The notes beneath the pieces were generated by a model. That model made no database searches, was not told where the DNA came from, and worked only from the letters and a program-made list of their open reading frames with translations. A program made the translations under genes and the position numbers. Shown piece after piece: positions 1 to 12,109 of a stretch of DNA of 64,000 nt. Each line of letters opens with the position of its first letter. Positions within the stretch are counted from its first letter, which is position 1. Origin of the DNA: Eledone cirrhosa (taxonomy: Eukaryota); the NCBI GenBank assembly GCA_964016885.1, contig OZ024764.1, positions 7,068,001 to 7,132,000 of the forward strand, read 5' to 3'.

Positions 1-39
1 ACCTTTTTCGTACTGTTGACCATGTTATTCTTCACTCTT

Positions 40-95
<56 letters not shown>

Positions 96-105
96 GTTAT
101 TCCAG

Positions 106-154
106 GATTCCTGATGATTTCTAAAGAATGAAACAGTTCTAGTCCTGTAGAATC
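106..154 (+). ncRNA. Type I hammerhead ribozyme motif
   Basis: gattc-CTGATGA-tttc taaa gaat-GAAA-cag(ttctagtc)ctg-TA-gaatc. Stem I gattc/gaatc is perfect, stem III is cag/ctg, cleavage triplet GUA. Confidence 0.7.
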
Positions 155-279
155 TCATCTATATTAAAACTATATATATATATATGTATATATAATATGT
201 TTATATATAATAAATTGAAGTGAAAACCAACAGATGTGTGTGTAATTATATATATACATATATCATTTCATTTCATTTT

Positions 280-442
280 CATTTCATTTTACGTCCGCTT
301 TTTCCCTGCTTGCAAGGGTGGGACGGGAACTGATTCTGGCTTGATTTCTACAGCTGGATGCCCTTCCTAACACCAACCTCATTTACAGTGAGTGCTGGGT
401 GCTTTTTTGCCGTGGCACCTCCATGACCACTTTGCAGTGGAA

Positions 443-447
<5 letters not shown>
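280..447 (-). mobile_element. 3' part of tRNA-derived SINE (family A)
   Basis: Matches the 3' half of the full copy at 14177-14525, including the (TTTCA)n tail. Confidence 0.75.
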
Positions 448-481
<34 letters not shown>

Positions 482-551
482 ATTATGAAGAGAGAAGAAA
501 CATTAGATATAATTAGTAATAAGATGTATCATACCTAAACTGCTTCTAAAT

Positions 552-641
552 TCCTCGACTACGTAGTTTCGTGGCATAAGCAAAAACAATACATCACAGA
601 GATATAGAATTTTTGTGAGGTCTGCCGACTTATCAAGAGGA
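552..641 (-). ncRNA. Hammerhead ribozyme motif, U3:A8 core variant
   Basis: Minus strand reads tcctc-TTGATAA-gtcggca...tgccac-GAAA-ctacgtag-TC-gagga. Perfect 5-bp stem I, palindromic stem III, GUC triplet. Confidence 0.65.
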
Positions 642-764
642 TACCTCATTAAGGGTTTCAAAACACGTCTGTAAGATGCGAGATGGAGATAACTCAAGGA
701 TAGATGTGGATATATTCATGTATATGTATGTGTCCGCATGTATCTGTGTGTTTCTCTATATATT

Positions 765-1072
765 CATCATCATCATTTCATTTTACGTCCGCTTTTCCCT
801 GCTTGATTTCTACAGCTGGATGCCTTTCCTAACACCAACCTCATTTACAGTGAGTGCTGGGTGCTTTTTTGCCGTGGCACCTCCACGACTACTTTGCAGT
901 GGAATGATAGGGACCCCAGTCCCTATCATCTCATTTCTACAGCTGAGTAAACTGGAGCAATGTGAAATAAAGTGTCTTGCTCAAGGAAACAACACATCAC
1001 CCAGTCTGAGAATTGAACTCACAACCTTTCGATTGCAAGGCCAATGCTCTAACCACTAAGCCATGTGCCTCC
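765..1072 (-). mobile_element. tRNA-derived CORE-like SINE with RTE-like tail (family A)
   Basis: Reverse complement has Pol III box A TGGCTTAGTGG, box B GAGTTCAATTC, CORE-like CCTTGAGCAAGACACTT, and a tail shared with RTE 3' ends. Confidence 0.8.
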
Positions 1073-1084
1073 ATATTGTGTGTG

Positions 1085-1162
<78 letters not shown>

Positions 1163-1919
1163 GTGGTTGTTGTAAGGTTGCAATAAATGCGGCCATAGGC
1201 GAATGCAGAGTCAGGTTCGATCTATAATTGATCCTGCCTTGAGCTGATCGTCGGAGAAACATATGTAATATGTTAATAAATTGTGTTTTAATGCATCACT
1301 GATTCCTCGTTATCTATAATATATATATATATATATCCTTATATTTCCTTTTGTCACAGCTACAGTCTGTGAAACAAACAGATCAGATATGTGCTGTAGA
1401 ACGGCTGGACTACAGTGCCTTTGGTAAAGACAATATCGGTCAGTTAATCAGCAACACCCCTGACAATGAACTTGAGATTCTTTATTTCCAAGCTAAGGTC
1501 AGTACAATGGTTTAACCCACTTCATCTCTCTCTATATAAAATTCTTTGTCTCTCTGTCTGTTTCCTATGCATTCTCAAACGGCTGGACCAAATCAAATTT
1601 TACAAGGTAAAAGTATTAGACCCCGGAAGTGTCAACATGAAATTTTTATTTTCATTTGGATTAAAACAATATATGATTTTATCTAGAATATTATTTTTAT
1701 AATCAACTATGGTAAACAACCACGACGACGACGACGTCACATTTTGTATATGAGTGTCTGTGAGTGTGTGTTTCACAGACTGTAACTGTGACAAAAGGAA
1801 ATATAAGGATACATATTTTTTTTTTTTATCGATCGACTTTCGTCAAATCGGACTGAGGAAACAATGTTTCCGTTGGTCTTTCTAGTTGCTAATACTATCT
1901 ATCGGTCGCAACTCCAGGT

Positions 1920-2045
1920 AGAAGGAGCAACGTGAAATAAAGTGTCTTGCTCAAGGACATAATGCATCACCGGGCCCGGGAACCGAACTCACAACCTCTC
2001 AATTGCGAATCCAATTACCTAACCACTCAGCCACACGCCTTCACA
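1920..2045 (-). mobile_element. SINE head fragment (tRNA-related plus CORE-like)
   Basis: Reverse complement contains GTGGCTGAGTGGTTAG...GAGTTCGGTTCC...CCTTGAGCAAGACACTT. Confidence 0.6.
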
Positions 2046-2054
2046 GATATAAGG

Positions 2055-2142
<88 letters not shown>

Positions 2143-2196
2143 ATTTAAAACTGCACTATCAACAAGTGTTTTTTTAGCCTTCATATCATGTTCTCC

Positions 2197-2267
2197 TGTT
2201 TTATCTGATGAAAACACAAATATTATTATTTGATGATGTTTGTTTTTGAAATGCGCATAATAAAATA
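2197..2267 (+). ncRNA. Type I hammerhead ribozyme motif
   Basis: tgttttat-CTGATGA-[long AU-rich stem II]-GAAA-tgcgca-TA-ataaaata. Stem III is palindromic. Confidence 0.75.
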
Positions 2268-2297
2268 TATTGAACTCCTTTAACCATCTTTTGATCT

Positions 2298-2375
<78 letters not shown>

Positions 2376-2472
2376 TTGAGGTTGGTAATGGCACATGGAA
2401 TATATAAGAGACAGAATACTTTTTTGTGAAAAAACATAATTTTATAAGGTAAGGAAATAATAAAGGGTATAA

Positions 2473-2520
2473 AAAATGACCGGTTTCGATGGGTCTGCAA
2501 AAGCCATCTTTTCAAATGTT
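2473..2520 (-). ncRNA. Possible hammerhead motif, U3:A8 variant
   Basis: Minus strand reads aacat-TTGAAAA-gatgg...ccatc-GAAA-ccgg-TC-atttt. Stem I is weak, with one mismatch. Confidence 0.45.
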
Positions 2521-2614
2521 GATTAATATTAAGAAAAATTAATAATACGAAGAGTTAAAATTTGAGATTTGAAAATTCAAGTATAAAATTCATTGTGGGA
2601 TTTCATAGTAGTTA

Positions 2615-2696
2615 TCTATAATATATATATATATTATAGATAACTAATCTGAATAAGAACAGCAGTAACCCGGGCAACGCCGGGTAATTCAGCTAG
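2615..2696 (+). mobile_element. Helitron-like 3' terminus / mini-Helitron
   Basis: A|TCTATA start, GC hairpin cccgg-gcaacg-ccggg, then CTAG|T 8 nt later. Confidence 0.5.
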
Positions 2697-2774
2697 TCAT
2701 TTATAAGAACAAAGGGTTTTTTTTCCCATGGTTTAACAACCTTAATTGTTTATATGAATCAAGGCAACTTCATT

Positions 2775-3364
2775 GTTTTAATGATAAGGGCACCAGTTTT
2801 ATCATGTTGTTACCTATGTAAGTTTTACTGGCCTCCTACAAGGTTGTATCTCATAGGAGGTTTCTTGGGTGTTTTAATGATAGGGACCCCAGTCCTATTA
2901 TGTTGTTACAGCTCACACCTGTGTAGGTTTAGCTGGCCTGCTACAAGGTTGTATCTCATAGGAGGTTTCTTGGGTGTTTTAATGATAGGGGACCCCAGTC
3001 CTATCATGTTGTTACAGCTCACACCTATGTAGGTTTAGCTGGCCTTCTACAAGGTTGTATCTCAAAGGAGGTTTCTTGGGTGTTTTAATGATAAGGACCC
3101 CAGTCCTATCATGTTGTTACAGCTCACACCTATGTAGGTTTAGCTGGCCTCCTACAAGGTTGTATCTCATAGGAGGTTTCTTGGGTGTTTTAATGATAGG
3201 GACCCCAGTCCTATCATGTTGTTACAGCTCACACCTATGTAGGTTTAGCTGGCCTCCTACAAGGTTGTATCTCATAGGAGGTTTCTTGGGTGTTTTAATG
3301 ATAGGGACCCCAGTCCTATCATGTTGTTGTTACAGCTCACACCTATGTAGGTTTAGCTGGCCTC
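2775..3364. repeat. 105-bp tandem repeat, about 5.5 copies
   Basis: Period 105 (3156 to 3261). The unit contains the atgatagggac..cctatcat hairpin also found in SINE family A. Confidence 0.9.
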
Positions 3365-3574
3365 AATAACAATAACACAGGTGACAATTGATGACATTTA
3401 CTTTAATTACAGGACATCAATGACCTCTATTCATGGCTGTCAGCCATCAGAAAGACATTCACAGCCAACAAACAACAATTAAAGACTTACCACCCCGGTA
3501 TTTATCGAAGAAACAGATGGAGTTGTTGTCATAAAATTGACACCGATGGTAAGTGAAATATTATTGTATTAGAG

Positions 3575-3710
3575 CAGTGGATTGGCAGAATCGGCAGAGT
3601 GTCGGACACCATGCTTCGTGGCATAGGGTTACGTCCCTTTATGTTCTGAGTTCAAATTCCGCAAAGGTTAGCTTTGCTTTTCATCCTTACAGGGTCGATA
3701 AAATAAAGTA

Positions 3711-3712
<2 letters not shown>
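3575..3712 (+). mobile_element. SINE family B (Meta/MESC-domain-like), 3' truncated
   Basis: Box A/B-like motifs and gc(c)tttcatccttac(a/g)gggtcgataaaataaagtacc, as in the full copy at 23002. Confidence 0.7.
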
Positions 3713-3750
<38 letters not shown>

Positions 3751-3761
<11 letters not shown>

Positions 3762-4246
3762 AAGAATCAAAGAACTGTTCAAAACATTATTGTGCTTACA
3801 GCTGTTTCCTCCAAACCGAGGTTTGGATTCTTCGGAGCAATTTATTAATGAATGGACAGTTATATGACCTCCTTTTCAGCCAAGAGACATACCAATACAT
3901 ATGCAAATATTGTGGGTCAACATTCATTACAGAATTTAGAGTGGCAGTACACACTTCGAGATTACATTCATAATAAAATAATTATGGTTTTATAAATATT
4001 CATTATGGTTTTATAAATATTCATTATGAATGTAATCTCGAAGTGTGTACTGCCACTCTAAATTCTGTAATGAATGTTGACCCACAATATTTGCATATGT
4101 ATCGGTATGTCTCTTGGCTGAAAAGGAGGTCATATAACTGTCCATTCATTAATAAATTGCTCTGAAGAATCCAAACCTCGGTTTGGAGGAAACAGCTGTA
4201 AGCACAATAATGTTTTGAACAGTTCTTTGATTCTTATATTTCATAT
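3751..4246. mobile_element. Fold-back Penelope-like (pLTR) remnant with about 224-bp inverted arms
   Basis: 3751-3974 is the near-perfect reverse complement of 4023-4246. Each arm carries a hammerhead, and the element abuts (TA)n. Confidence 0.75.
4155..4209 (+). ncRNA. Type I hammerhead ribozyme motif
   Basis: tgct-CTGAAGA-a tccaaac ctcg gtttgga g-GAAA-cagctg-TA-agca. The mirror copy on the minus strand at about 3788-3842 has CCGAAGA. Confidence 0.75.
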
Positions 4247-4408
4247 AACTGCTCTGTAAATCATCTGATGTTTTTACATTGAGCTACTTAACTTACTGGT
4301 AATAAGGTAGTAATTCATTACTGCCTACCACTTTTTAGGGTTTGTATAAAAAATACATATAACTGCATAAGGTTTTTGTATTTACATAATCATAAATAGT
4401 ATAATTAA

Positions 4409-4449
<41 letters not shown>

Positions 4450-4459
<10 letters not shown>

Positions 4460-4806
4460 CAATATATTAATAAATGGAAACTATATTTATAAAACCATAA
4501 TTCAAGGGCGACCAAGGTAAATTATGGTGCGCTTTCATCAGATAAAATACAGATTTGTTTTATAAATAAATATTGACATACCTGGAAAAAAGACAACCTC
4601 AATGGTTGAAATTCGCTGGATAGTCTGTATTTTATCTGATGAAAGCGCACCATAATTTACCTTGGTCGCCCTTGAATTATGGTTTTATAAATATAGTTTC
4701 TATTTATTAATATATTGTATATTTACTCCACTAACCTCTTGAGTGCTTTATATCAGTTATAAAAACTTTAAAGCTTGTTGAATCCCAACAAATTAAATAT
4801 AACCTC

Positions 4807-4862
<56 letters not shown>

Positions 4863-5234
4863 AGCAAAGGGATATTTAATTTGTTGGTAATTCAACAAAT
4901 ATATATATTTATAACAGATTCAAAGCACTCAACAGTTTTTCTGGAGTATAATATCAATGATATTAATAAATGGAAACTATATTTATAAAACCATATTTAT
5001 TCTATTATATATATTTCAAGGGTACCAAAACTTTGGTACGCATGAATGAGACCTTAACGGTACAAGTTTTACCTATCCAGGTAAAACTTGAACCGTTAAG
5101 GTATCATTCCTGGTTATGTCTGGTTAACTCTGTATTTTATCTGATGAGAGCGTACCAAAGTTTTGGTACCCTTGAAATATATATAATAGAATAAATATGG
5201 TTTTATAAATATAGTTTCCATTTATTAATATCAT

Positions 5235-5238
<4 letters not shown>
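4450..5238. mobile_element. Two fold-back Penelope-like remnants (4452-4725 and 4955-5238)
   Basis: Inverted arms share the aaatggaaactatatttataaaaccata motif and hammerhead cores. The two elements are separated by (TA)n. Confidence 0.7.
5133..5193 (+). ncRNA. Type I hammerhead ribozyme motif
   Basis: tattttat-CTGATGA-gag cg taccaaa gt tttggta cc ctt-GAAA-tatata-TA-atagaata. Confidence 0.8.
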
Positions 5239-5269
<31 letters not shown>

Positions 5270-5274
<5 letters not shown>

Positions 5275-6195
5275 TAATGGAAGTTACGGAGTAGGTAGAC
5301 CCAGAAAAACCTGGGACGACATGATAAAATCCAACCTTGCACACTTACACCTCTCTAAGACAATGTCACTGGACCGAGAACTTTGGCGCCATGCAGTAAT
5401 ACTGCCATCCCTACTTATACAGTTAACCTACACTCAGTAGGCACCTCTTAACCAAATATACACCCCAATCCACTATCCCTACTTCATCCTCCCACTTCTG
5501 CCCACACCTACCCTTTCTCTGTAAACTTATGTTGGTACCACAGAACATCCAGTCCAAACTAAAGAGGTCATGTAGGAGACACGGTAAAAAGACTCCCAGT
5601 CCACACTGTAAAGGAGTCGTGTGGGAGACACGGTAAAAAGGCTCCCAGTCCACACTGTAAAGTGGTCATGTAGGAGACACGGTAAAAAGGCTCCCAGTCC
5701 ACACTGTAAAGTGGTCATGTAGGAGACATGGTAAAAAGGCTCCCAGTCCACACTGTAAAGTGGTCATGTAGGTGTCACGGTAAAAAGGCTCCCAGTCCAC
5801 ACTGTAAAGGGGTCATGTAGGAGACACAGTAAAAAGGCTCCCAGTCCACACTGTAAAGTGGTCATGTAGGAGACACAGTAAAAAGGCTCCCAGTCCACAC
5901 TGTAAAGTGGTCATGTAGGAGACACAGTAAAAAGGCTCCCAGTCCACACTGTAAAGTGGTCATGTAGGAGACACAGTAAAAAGGCTCCCAGTCCACACTG
6001 TAAAGTGGTCATGTAGGAGACACAGTAAAAAGGCTCCCAGTCCACACTGTAAAGTGGTCACGTAGGAGACATGGTAAAAAGGCTCCCAGTCCACACTGTA
6101 AAGTGGTCATGTAGGAGACACGGTAAAAAGGCTCCCAGTCAACACTGTAAATGTGGTTGGTGTTAGGAAGGGCATCCAGTCATAGAAAACCTGCT
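5270..6195 (+). mobile_element. RTE LINE 3' end with expanded 49-bp tandem repeat in the 3' UTR
   Basis: Encodes GVGRPRKTWDD...LWRHAV. About 12 copies of a 49-bp unit (5560-6150) follow, then gttggtgttaggaagggcatccag. Confidence 0.8.
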
Positions 6196-6248
6196 CGAAA
6201 CAGTTCTGTACAAGTGAGAAGTGGTCACCCGATCACTATTATTTCCAG

Positions 6249-6290
6249 ATGATCAATGCAAATTGACAATGGAAAGGTGTTCCTGCTCGA
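6249..6290 (+). CDS. Candidate exon A of an unknown spliced ORF
   Basis: tttccag| acceptor and A|GTAAGA donor. Open frame DQCKLTMERCSCS, phase 1, compatible with exon B. Confidence 0.3.
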
Positions 6291-6376
6291 GTAAGAAGAG
6301 AACTATTGACCTTCGGGAGAAGCAGTGACCCCTGATTGTATTCAGCAACCAAAACAAATATAAAGTACACCAAATC

Positions 6377-7576
6377 CATTTACATTACTCTATATATAGT
6401 ATTGTATTTTCAGAGTAAAGGCTTTACCTCACATTCTATCTCACATAACATTTACATTACTCTATATATAGTATTGTATTTTCACAGTAAAGGCTTTATC
6501 TCACATAATATCTCACATAACATTTACATTACTCTACATATACTATTGTATTTTCACAGTAAAGGCTTTACCTCACATAATATCTCACATAACATTTACA
6601 TTACTCTATATATACTATTGTATTTTCACAGTAAAGGCTTTACCTCACATAATATCTCACATAACATTTACATTACTCTATATATACTATTGTATTTTCA
6701 CAGTAAAGGCTTTACCTCACATAATATCTCACATAACATTTACATTACTCTATATATACTATTGTATTTTCACAGTAAAGGCTTTACCTCACATAATATC
6801 TCACATAACATTTACATTACTCTATATATACTATTGTATTTTCACAGTAAAGGCTTTACCTCACATAATATCTCACATAACATTTACATTACTCTATATA
6901 TACTATTGTATTTTCACAGTAAAGGCTTTACCTCACATAATATCTCACATAACATTTACATTACTCTATATATACTATTGTATTTTCACAGTAAAGGCTT
7001 TACCTCACATAATATCTCACATAACATTTACATTACTCTATATATACTATTGTATTTTCACAGTAAAGGCTTTACCTCACATAATATCTCACATAACATT
7101 TACATTACTCTATATATACTATTGTATTTTCACAGTAAAGGCTTTACCTCATATAACATTTACATTACTCTATATATACTATTGTATTTTCACAGTAAAG
7201 GCTTTACCTCACATAATATCTCACATAACATTTACATTACTCTATATATACTATTGTATTTTCACAGTAATGGCTTTACCTCACATAATATCTCACATAA
7301 CATTTACATTACTCTATATATACTATTGTATTTTCACAGTAAAGGCTTTACCTCACATAATATCTCACATAACATTTACATTACTCTATATATACTATTG
7401 TATTTTCACAGTAAAGGCTTTACCTCACATAATATCGAATCTATGAGATTTTGATATTATTTATTTTTAAATAAATACCTTAACATCAGTATGAGTGGCT
7501 GGTTACGGCCAGTTCAAAAAGAAAGAGGTGAGAGAATTCTGGCCAGATATGGCTAGTTTAAATGCTAAAGGGTTAA
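6377..7576 (-). mobile_element. TTAA/CCCTTT MITE (piggyBac-like end) carrying about 14.5 copies of a 72-bp repeat
   Basis: 72-bp period across 6377-7440. Terminus aatgctaaagggTTAA at 7561-7576. Same family as the elements at 40352 and 46927. Confidence 0.7.
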
Positions 7577-7925
7577 TGTCTAAAGAAGGGGTGGAATAAT
7601 CAAAAGGTTAATAAGGAGGGTAGAGGGTCACAATTATTTGTGACCCAGGGGTAATTCTAATAATTGTTATTTTATAGTTTTTGTATATTAATGTCTTTTT
7701 AAATTTCGTTTTTCATTTTTTCTTCTCCCGCCCCACAAACCACCTTACATTCCTACCTCCACCCTTACTCTATCACACCCCACTCCCTACTTAATCCACG
7801 CCACTACCACCCAATGCACTCCACCAACAAACCCCTCCCCCCACCCCACCGCCTCTAAACATCAATCCATCTCTGCACACCACTCCCTGTCACAAACGTG
7901 TCTCCTCCCCCCCCTGCTCCACCAG

Positions 7926-8046
7926 CCGTGGGATGCAGCCCCACTCACAACAAGGTAACCCTACAGGAATGGATGGACCCTGTTGACAGTGCCATGGAGG
8001 CCCAGACTGTGTCCAGCCAGCTAATAGCCAGACAGACACAACTTCG
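7926..8046 (+). CDS. Candidate exon B of an unknown spliced ORF
   Basis: Polypyrimidine ...ccaccag| acceptor and CG|GTGAGT donor. The 121 nt are open: VGCSPTHNKVTLQEWMDPVDSAMEAQTVSSQLIARQTQL. Confidence 0.4.
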
Positions 8047-8153
8047 GTGAGTAGACGCCACCCCTTATTTTTTCTGGCTTATATTTTAACTATTGACCCC
8101 TTTTCATACCAAACCCTCTCAAACACATTCTTGGTCTTAAACATTTTGACGGG

Positions 8154-8795
8154 TTTTTAGATAAATATAAACACTTTAACCCTTTCATTACCATATTTCT
8201 AATGAAAGACACTGTTGGTGTTTGGAACATAACTTAACAAAGGTTCTTACATAAAATTATGATGGAAGGTTTTTAGATAAATATAAACACTTTAACCCTT
8301 TCATTACCATATTTCTAATGAAAGACACTGTTGGTGTTTGGAACATAACTTAACAAAGGTTCTTACATAAAATTATGATGGAAGGTTTTTAGATAAATAT
8401 AAACACTTTAACCCTTTCATTACCATATTTCTAATGAAAGACACTGTTGGTGTTTGGAACATAACTTAACAAAGGTTCTTACATAAAATTATGATGGAAG
8501 GTTTTTAGATAAATATAAACACTTTAACCCTTTCATTACCATATTTCTAATGAAAGACACTGTTGGTGTTTGGAACATAACTTAACAAAGGTTTTTACAT
8601 AAAATTATGATGGAAGGTTTTTAGATAAATATAAACACTTTAACCCTTTCATTACCATATTTCTAATGAAAGACACTGTTTGGAACATAACTTAACAAAG
8701 GTTCTTACATAAAATTAACCCTAACCCTTTCATTACCATATTTCTAATGAAAGATATTGTTTAAGATTTGGAAGGTAACTTAACAAAGGTTCTTG
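8154..8795. repeat. 116-bp tandem repeat, about 5.5 copies, containing a TTAACCCTTT terminus motif
   Basis: Period 116 (8161, 8277, 8393). Confidence 0.85.
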
Positions 8796-8886
8796 TTTTG
8801 GGAGTATTAGTTTCTTTTATTTATGTCTTTTTGTTGTTGTTATTTTTTTTCATATGCTGTATATTTTTTTCTATCAATCTTTGTAG

Positions 8887-9292
8887 AAATATAATTGAGG
8901 GAGCTGAGGAGAATCCCTCCCAACTAGGGAACAATGCACTGGACAGGCGGGAAGGGGCCACTGCCAATGGTCAGCCTTCCCAACTAGGGACCAGTACAGA
9001 AGGGGTCAACCCAGCCAAACTCCCTCAACTAAGGACAAATGCACTGGGGAGACAAGAAGAGGTGAGCACAGACCCACCCTTACAATTAGGGAAAACTGTA
9101 GTAGGGGTCAGCACGAGTGAATCCTCCCAACTAGGAAAGAATGCAGTGTGCAGAAGAGAGGGGGCGAGCCCGAAAGTTGCCAGCCATAGCCGTCTGAACC
9201 GAAACATGGCTAAAAGACTTCTGGAGATCTCTGAACAGCTGCAATTGATGCAACGTAAACAGGAGAAGGAATCTTGTAAAGACACAATGTAG
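8887..9292 (+). CDS. Candidate exon C of an unknown spliced ORF (PSQLG repeats, charged helical tail)
   Basis: ttttctatcaatctttgtag| acceptor, phase 2 matching exon B. Purine-rich, coding-like composition, open to the TAG ending at 9292. Confidence 0.45.
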
Positions 9293-9295
9293 AGA

Positions 9296-10200
9296 GAACA
9301 CCTCACAACATATAACATAGAACAACACATAACACAGGCAACACAACACCTCACAACACATAACATAGAACAACACATAACACAGGCAACACAACACCTC
9401 ACAACACATAACATAGAACAGCACATAACATAGGCAACAGAACACCTCACAACATATAACATAGAACAACACATAACACAGGCAACACAACACCTCACAA
9501 CACATAACATAGAACAGCACATAACATAGGCAACAGAACACCTAACAACACTTAACATAGAACAACATATAACACAGGCAACACAACACCTAACAACACT
9601 TAACATAGAACAGCACATAACATAGGCAACAGAACACATAACAACACTTAACATAGAACAGCACATAACATAGGCAACACAACACCTAACAACACTTAAC
9701 ATAGAACAGCACATAACATAGGCAACAGAACACCTAACAACACTTAACATAGAACAGCACATAACATAGGCAACACAACACCTAACAACACTTAACATAG
9801 AACAGCACATAACATAGGCAACAGAACACCTAACAACACTTAACATAGAACAACATATAACACAGGCAACACAACACCTAACAACACTTAACATAGAACA
9901 GCACATAACATAGGCAACAGAACACCTAACAACACTTAACATAGAACAGCACATAACATAGGCAACACAACACCTCACAACACATAACACAGGCAACACA
10001 ACACATACCAACATACAACACAAGCAACACAACATATAACATAGAACAGCACATAACACAGGCAACACAACGCCTAACAACACTTAACATAGAACCACAC
10101 ATAACGTAGGCAACACAACACTTCACAACATATAACACAGGCAACATCTCACAACACAACACAGCACAGACAACACATGCTGCACAACACAGACAACAAA
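9296..10200. repeat. 48-bp CA-rich minisatellite, about 17 copies decaying at the right end
   Basis: Period 48 (9301 to 9349). Confidence 0.9.
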
Positions 10201-10240
10201 AGAAACTATAGAAGAAAGAACAATATATATATGTGTATGT

Positions 10241-10276
<36 letters not shown>

Positions 10277-10497
10277 GTGTGTGTGTGTGTGTATAACGAC
10301 AACAAAGAAAGGATGGTAAGGAACCAGATGGATCTAGCTGTCGAAACGACCGGATCTCAGCCGTTGGGGTCGTGTTTGTTTTCATAAATATATATATATA
10401 TATATATAATAACAACAAAGGAAGTGTGGTAAGGAACCAGATGGACCATAACGCACCAGAGTACTCAATACTTAGGGTAGTAGAGTGGGTAATAGGT

Positions 10498-10608
10498 AAA
10501 TGTTTAACCCCGACACCAGAGCTCGAGCCGTTTCGACGGCTATTTCTGGACTGAGTCCAGAAATAGCCGTCGAAACGGCTCGAGCTCTGGCGTCGGGGTT
10601 AAACATTT
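10498..10608. repeat. Near-perfect 111-bp palindrome (55-bp arms)
   Basis: Arms 10498-10552 and 10554-10608 with one mismatch and a 1-nt spacer. A single-arm relative lies at 12627-12760. Confidence 0.9.
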
Positions 10609-10611
10609 TCA

Positions 10612-11195
10612 TATCATCATCACCGTTTTACGTCCGTTCTTCCACGCTAGCATGGGTTAGACGGGTTGTCCTGTTGTGGGCAGTGTCTGGTCGGCTGACC
10701 ATACCTTGCTCATACAGGAACTGATTTGGCTTGATTTCTACAGCTGGATGCCCTTCCTAACACCAACCTCATTTACAGTGAGTGCTGGGTGCTTTTCCGT
10801 GGCGCCTACACGTCCACTTTACAGTGTGGGCTGGGTGCTTTTTTGCCGTGGCACCTCCACGACCACCTTCCGGTGGGGGGAGTGGGGGCATATTGTCTAT
10901 ATGCTTCAGCTTGTACCCATGGGAGGTCGGGTACTCTGTATTACTGCGTGACGCCAGAGGTCACGGTCGTGTGTCATCGCCTTTGAGAGGTGTAATTGGG
11001 TAAGGTCGGCTTTTATCACCTCATCCCAGGTCTTCTTGGGTCTCCCCACTCCGCGGTTTCCATCAACTTCTAGTGCTCTGCACCTTTTTATGCAGCTGTC
11101 ATCCTTCATACGCATCACATGTCCATACCAGCGCAACCGCCTCTCCTGCACGCAGCATTTGATTCCTCTTATGCTCAGTCTCTCTCTCAATCTCT
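10612..11195 (-). mobile_element. RTE LINE 3' fragment
   Basis: [13 protein letters not shown]...RGVGRPKKTW, followed by 3' UTR and (GAT)n tail. Confidence 0.85.
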
Positions 11196-11261
11196 CAATA
11201 TATATATATATATATATCAATAATATTAAATAAATGTAAACTATATTTATAAAACCATATT

Positions 11262-11322
11262 TATTCTATTATATATATTTCAAGGGTACCGAAACTTTGG
11301 TACGCTCTCATCAGATAAAATA
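11262..11322 (-). ncRNA. Type I hammerhead ribozyme motif
   Basis: Reverse complement of the 5133-family motif, with intact CTGATGA, GAAA and AUA. Confidence 0.75.
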
Positions 11323-11510
11323 CAAAGTTTGTTTTATAAATATTGACATATCCAGGAAGGAGATCTTAACGGTTCAAGTTTTTCCAGGAAAAACTTGAAC
11401 CGTTAAGACCTCCTTCCTGGATATGTCAATATTTATAAGTTTTTCCTGGAAAAACTTGAACCGTTAAGATCTCCTTCCTGGATATGTCAATATTTATAAA
11501 ACAAACTTTG

Positions 11511-11571
11511 TATTTTATCTGATGAGGGCGTACCAAAGTTTTGGTACCCTTGAAATATATATAATAGAATA
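11511..11571 (+). ncRNA. Type I hammerhead ribozyme motif
   Basis: tattttat-CTGATGA-ggg cg taccaaa gt tttggta cc ctt-GAAA-tatata-TA-atagaata. Confidence 0.8.
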
Positions 11572-11706
11572 AATATGGTTTTATAAATATAGTTTCCATT
11601 TATTTAATATCATTGATATTATACTCCAGAAAACTTGTTGAGTGCTTTGAATCAGTTATAAACATTTTTATTTGTTGAATTACCAACAAATTAAATATGC
11701 CTTCTG

Positions 11707-11752
<46 letters not shown>

Positions 11753-12109
11753 AATATATATATATAACAGACTTTTGTAGCTTGCTTGAAGCATTGTTTA
11801 ATAGGAAACACATTTAAATTTTGAAGTCCAACACAATGTGTATGGAGAATGTTAAATTGCCAAGATAAAACAAACTTACCTTAGCAAATTTAACGACCAA
11901 AATATTTTCAGGTTTAAAACCCCTTATCAAGAGTGTGACCCTATCAGAGACTTAAAAATTGATCGGAGTTGACTTGTTTGTATGGGAGCAGATTTAAGTG
12001 AAAAAAAATTTCATTTCACTTAACTCTCTTATTGAGTTACTCCCTTGATAATGAGTTTTTAAACCTGAAAATATTTGGGTCGTTAAATTTGCTAAGGTAA
12101 GATTTGTTT

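Larger units (their letters stand above)
11215..11710. mobile_element. Fold-back Penelope-like remnant with hammerheads on both strands
   Basis: Inverted arms about 11215-11405 and 11440-11618. The right arm continues into a pLTR-like tail that ends at (TA)n. Confidence 0.75.

Noticed and set aside
4628-4685. Hammerhead in fold-back 4452-4725
   Set aside because: CTGATGA and stem II are present, but GAAA, stem III and the stem I partner are deleted in both arms; a relic only.
6336-7454. 372-aa repetitive ORF
   Set aside because: 72-bp satellite inside a MITE; the same repeat occurs in the opposite orientation elsewhere.
8768-8886. Hydrophobic N-terminus of the 174-aa ORF as a signal or TM segment
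   Set aside because: Starts at a non-ATG codon in repeat sequence and is a T-rich tract better explained as an intron 3' end.
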